Made by a program: the position numbers and the translations under genes. A stretch of 40,989 nt of DNA, from NCBI GenBank assembly GCA_025924215.1, contig JAICEJ010000001.1, positions 1 to 40,989 of the forward strand, read 5' to 3'. Source of the DNA: Candidatus Binatia bacterium. GTDB lineage: Bacteria; Desulfobacterota; Binatia; UBA9968. Positions 38,521 to 40,989 of the stretch are shown piece after piece. Under the pieces are notes generated by a model. That model saw only the letters and a list, made by a program, of their open reading frames with translations, was not told the origin of the DNA and did no database searches. Every line of letters begins with the position of its first letter. Position 1 is the stretch's first letter.

Positions 38521-39546
38521 TTACACTCCGCCGAATCCTTCATCCTGTGCTTCAGCCAACAACCAGGGATCTTTGACTTCAGTGCTTGGGCCTCTGCCGC
38601 TAAGAACGTTTACAACTTCGCGCGCCGCATGTGTCTGGCAATCGATGTAGGACTCATCGGAGTTCGCGGCGGTATGACATGTTACGATTACATTTGGAAG
38701 GGTAAGAATCTTGTGGTCCGCCGGTAACGGTTCCGGTTCGGTAACATCTAGGGCCGCTCCGGCCAATTCTCCAGCCACCAGCGCTTCATACAAACCTTCA
38801 GTGTCGACCAGACCGCCGCGCGCGCAATTGATCAAGTAGGCGGTTTTTTTCATGGCTTTGAACTGAGGCGCACTAAACATTCGGCGGGTTTGTCTCGTGA
38901 GAGGCGCATGAAGGCTGATGAAGTCCGATGTTGCAACCAGCTCATCAAACGACACGAGCTTTACGCCGAGCGACTGGGCAACTTTGGAATCCAGATACGG
39001 ATCGACGGCTTGTACATTCAGCCTCATTCCTTGGGCTCGCGGCGCCACTTGCCGCCCGACATGGCCAAGTCCGACGATCCCCAACGTGCGCCCCTGAATG
39101 CGATAAACCCGGCCGCGATAGGCATGCAGTTCGGCAGTATGCCGCCGCCATTTACCGTCGCGCACGTACTGATTCATGCGCACGAGTTTTCTCGAGATGG
39201 CGATCAGTAATCCGATCGTCTGTTCCGATACTTCGATGGAATTGCAGCCGGCAGCATTGCAGATAATCATGCCGTGATCGGAAGCTGCTTTAAGATCCAT
39301 CCGATCAACTCCGACACCGGTGCGGCAGACAACTTTACAACGCTTGAGTTGCGAAATGATCTCTCTTGTTAGCGGCACCGAACCATGCATGATGATGCCA
39401 TCGGCATCTTTGCCCATTTCGACCACCTCGGCATCGTTGGTCGGCCGCCTGATCGTCATATCAGCATCGATTTCCGCCAGGATCGGCTTGATCAGCTCCA
39501 CCGGCACATCATTGCTGCCAAAATAAACCACATGAAATTTGCCCAT
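38521..39546 (-). CDS. D-isomer-specific 2-hydroxyacid dehydrogenase family protein (NAD-binding)
   Basis: GRTLGIVGLGHVGRQVA is the Rossmann motif. ...NCARGGLVD... and ...VTCHTA... are the catalytic Arg/Glu/His region. Confidence 0.85.
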   Translation of the reverse strand: MGKFHVVYFGSNDVPVELIKPILAEIDADMTIRRPTNDAEVVEMGKDADGIIMHGSVPLTREIISQLKRCKVVCRTGVGVDRMDLKAASDHGMIICNAAGCNSIEVSEQTIGLLIAISRKLVRMNQYVRDGKWRRHTAELHAYRGRVYRIQGRTLGIVGLGHVGRQVAPRAQGMRLNVQAVDPYLDSKVAQSLGVKLVSFDELVATSDFISLHAPLTRQTRRMFSAPQFKAMKKTAYLINCARGGLVDTEGLYEALVAGELAGAALDVTEPEPLPADHKILTLPNVIVTCHTAANSDESYIDCQTHAAREVVNVLSGRGPSTEVKDPWLLAEAQDEGFGGV

Positions 39547-39880
39547 CTCAAACCTCCATTTCGTACGAACAGATCGGATTAAACATAAAATTTGCGCCGC
39601 GTCTCAGCGCAATATCTTTCTCTTGAAGTCCACCGTGCGATCGCGAAATTACCGGTGCGGACGCTATGCGACTAATCAATAGAAATGGTCCAATGATCCG
39701 CGCCGGAACATTTTACGATCGCGAGTTCTCCGCCGTCGGAACATTCTGAAAAGTTCTGAATCCAGGCTGTTCAAAGGCTGAGACGCAAGGCCGCGATTGA
39801 TCAGAGCGGCAGCGTACTTGCTGACTACTTACTCGCAAGGCAAGTAACGCTACGAGCGTTCATGTCTTTTCGACAGGCCG

Positions 39881-40984
39881 CTAGTGTGCCACCTTCATGC
39901 CGAACAGCTTCATGGCGTTGCCGCCGAGAATCTTATCTTTGTCTCTATCGCTCAAACCGCGCATCGCTCTGATCGGCGCGACCGTGTTAGGCCAGGTCGA
40001 GATCGCGTCGCCATGATCGAAATCGCTGCCGATGATGATGTTGTGATCGGGCCAAATTTCCACGATTTTCGGCAGATAATCTTCCCAGGCGATGGCCGCG
40101 ACATACAGCTGCTCGAAGTAAGCGCTCGGCTTTTTCTTCAAGCGATCTCTGCCTTTGAAGAAATCGTTCACCGATGTCGTCCCCGGCGACTCGGACAACG
40201 TGTGATGATCCAACGTCTTCATTAGCCACGGCACCCAACCAATGCCCCCCTCGAAGAAGGCAAACCGCAAGTTTGGAAATCTATCCAACGTACCGCTCAT
40301 AATAAGCCGCGCCGCGCTCACCATATAAGTCAGCGGGAAACCGAGCGCGGTGGCGAGCATTTTAAAACCATCATAGCGTTCGCTGCCGACCAGCCAGGGG
40401 TGACAATCCTGGGCTTCGAAGATGCGCGTTCCGGGATGAACCAAAACCGGAACATCCAGCTTGCAGACCTCTTCGTAGAAAGGCCAGAGCACCTCGGCGT
40501 CGAGATCGCAGTTTTGATGACCACCCATCAATTTTACGCCTTTGAAGCCGAGTTGTGTCACAGAGCGCGTCAGTTCACGCACAGCTTCAGCGACGTCAGG
40601 CAAATACACCCAGGAGATTGGGATGAATCGTTCGCTGCCGCCAAGATCCTCGGCAACCGTATCGTTGTAGGCGCGCGCCATGGCATTGCCCAGAGACGGC
40701 TCCACTTCGTAGATGAGCGGCCGGTTGTCAGGGATTACCACCTGGTAATCGAAGCCTTCGCGCTCCATCACATCGTGGCGGATCTCCAGGTTCCAGCGAG
40801 TTTCGCTGAAAGAATGAATCTTCTTGCCGTCGCGGTAATAGGTCGCGGCATCGCCGGGAAATTTCTCGCCATAGCGGATCATTTCACCGGCGCCTTTTTT
40901 AAGCTCAACGTGCCCTCGGCCGGGATGATCGACTCGTTCGATAAAGCGCACCGGCCAATAATGAGTATCGCCATCGATATACAT
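39881..40984 (-). CDS. Amidohydrolase-2 (ACMSD-like, TIM-barrel metal hydrolase) family protein
   Basis: MYIDGDTHYWP is the N-terminal metal-binding DxH. VLVHPG and GSDFDHGD are the C-terminal metal-ligand Asp region. Confidence 0.8.
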   Translation of the reverse strand: MYIDGDTHYWPVRFIERVDHPGRGHVELKKGAGEMIRYGEKFPGDAATYYRDGKKIHSFSETRWNLEIRHDVMEREGFDYQVVIPDNRPLIYEVEPSLGNAMARAYNDTVAEDLGGSERFIPISWVYLPDVAEAVRELTRSVTQLGFKGVKLMGGHQNCDLDAEVLWPFYEEVCKLDVPVLVHPGTRIFEAQDCHPWLVGSERYDGFKMLATALGFPLTYMVSAARLIMSGTLDRFPNLRFAFFEGGIGWVPWLMKTLDHHTLSESPGTTSVNDFFKGRDRLKKKPSAYFEQLYVAAIAWEDYLPKIVEIWPDHNIIIGSDFDHGDAISTWPNTVAPIRAMRGLSDRDKDKILGGNAMKLFGMKVAH

Positions 40985-40989
40985 TTTTA

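Noticed and set aside
1-40989. Search for CRISPR arrays, transposases or integrases, IS inverted repeats, prophage or defence-system genes
   Set aside because: I saw no regularly spaced short repeats. No ORF has recombinase, transposase, nuclease-helicase or other defence hallmarks. The only sizeable repeat is the methyltransferase tandem duplication.

Overview
This is about 41 kb of chromosome from a diderm (Gram-negative-type) bacterium. It is densely packed, mostly on the minus strand, and dominated by housekeeping operons. I could not place the taxon from sequence alone.

Genes from left to right:
- hppA (partial), tatC, a poly-proline lipoprotein, murJ, rpsT, lptE-leuS
- nusB-ribH-ribBA-ribE-ribD-nrdR, then glyA-rpiB
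- the yceD-rpmF-plsX-fabD-fabG-acpP lipid cluster, which lacks fabH and fabF
- a cytoplasmic HtrA-like protein with its catalytic triad replaced, a lipoprotein, ybgC, queG
- a DUF2203-like gene
- an NtrY-type histidine kinase whose translationally coupled partner is a receiver domain fused to an intact LpxC deacetylase
- a DUF2905-like gene, ruvBAC-yebC, a small 8-histidine membrane hydroxylase, rlpA, a Tat-signal MBL hydrolase, acnA
- a more accessory-looking right end: two tandem, partly near-identical signal-peptide-bearing SAM methyltransferases, an orphan gene in an AT-rich pocket, a 2-hydroxyacid dehydrogenase and an amidohydrolase

I found no rRNA, tRNA, CRISPR array, transposase or integrase.

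The strongest candidate for an undescribed system is the kinase plus REC-LpxC pair at 22820-26370. It implies phosphorylation control of the committed step of lipid A synthesis. Second-tier observations are the tandem exported methyltransferase paralogs with a localised hypervariable CxxxC loop, and the dead HtrA-like protein.

All family assignments come from reading motifs by eye and from memory of the families. No searches were run.
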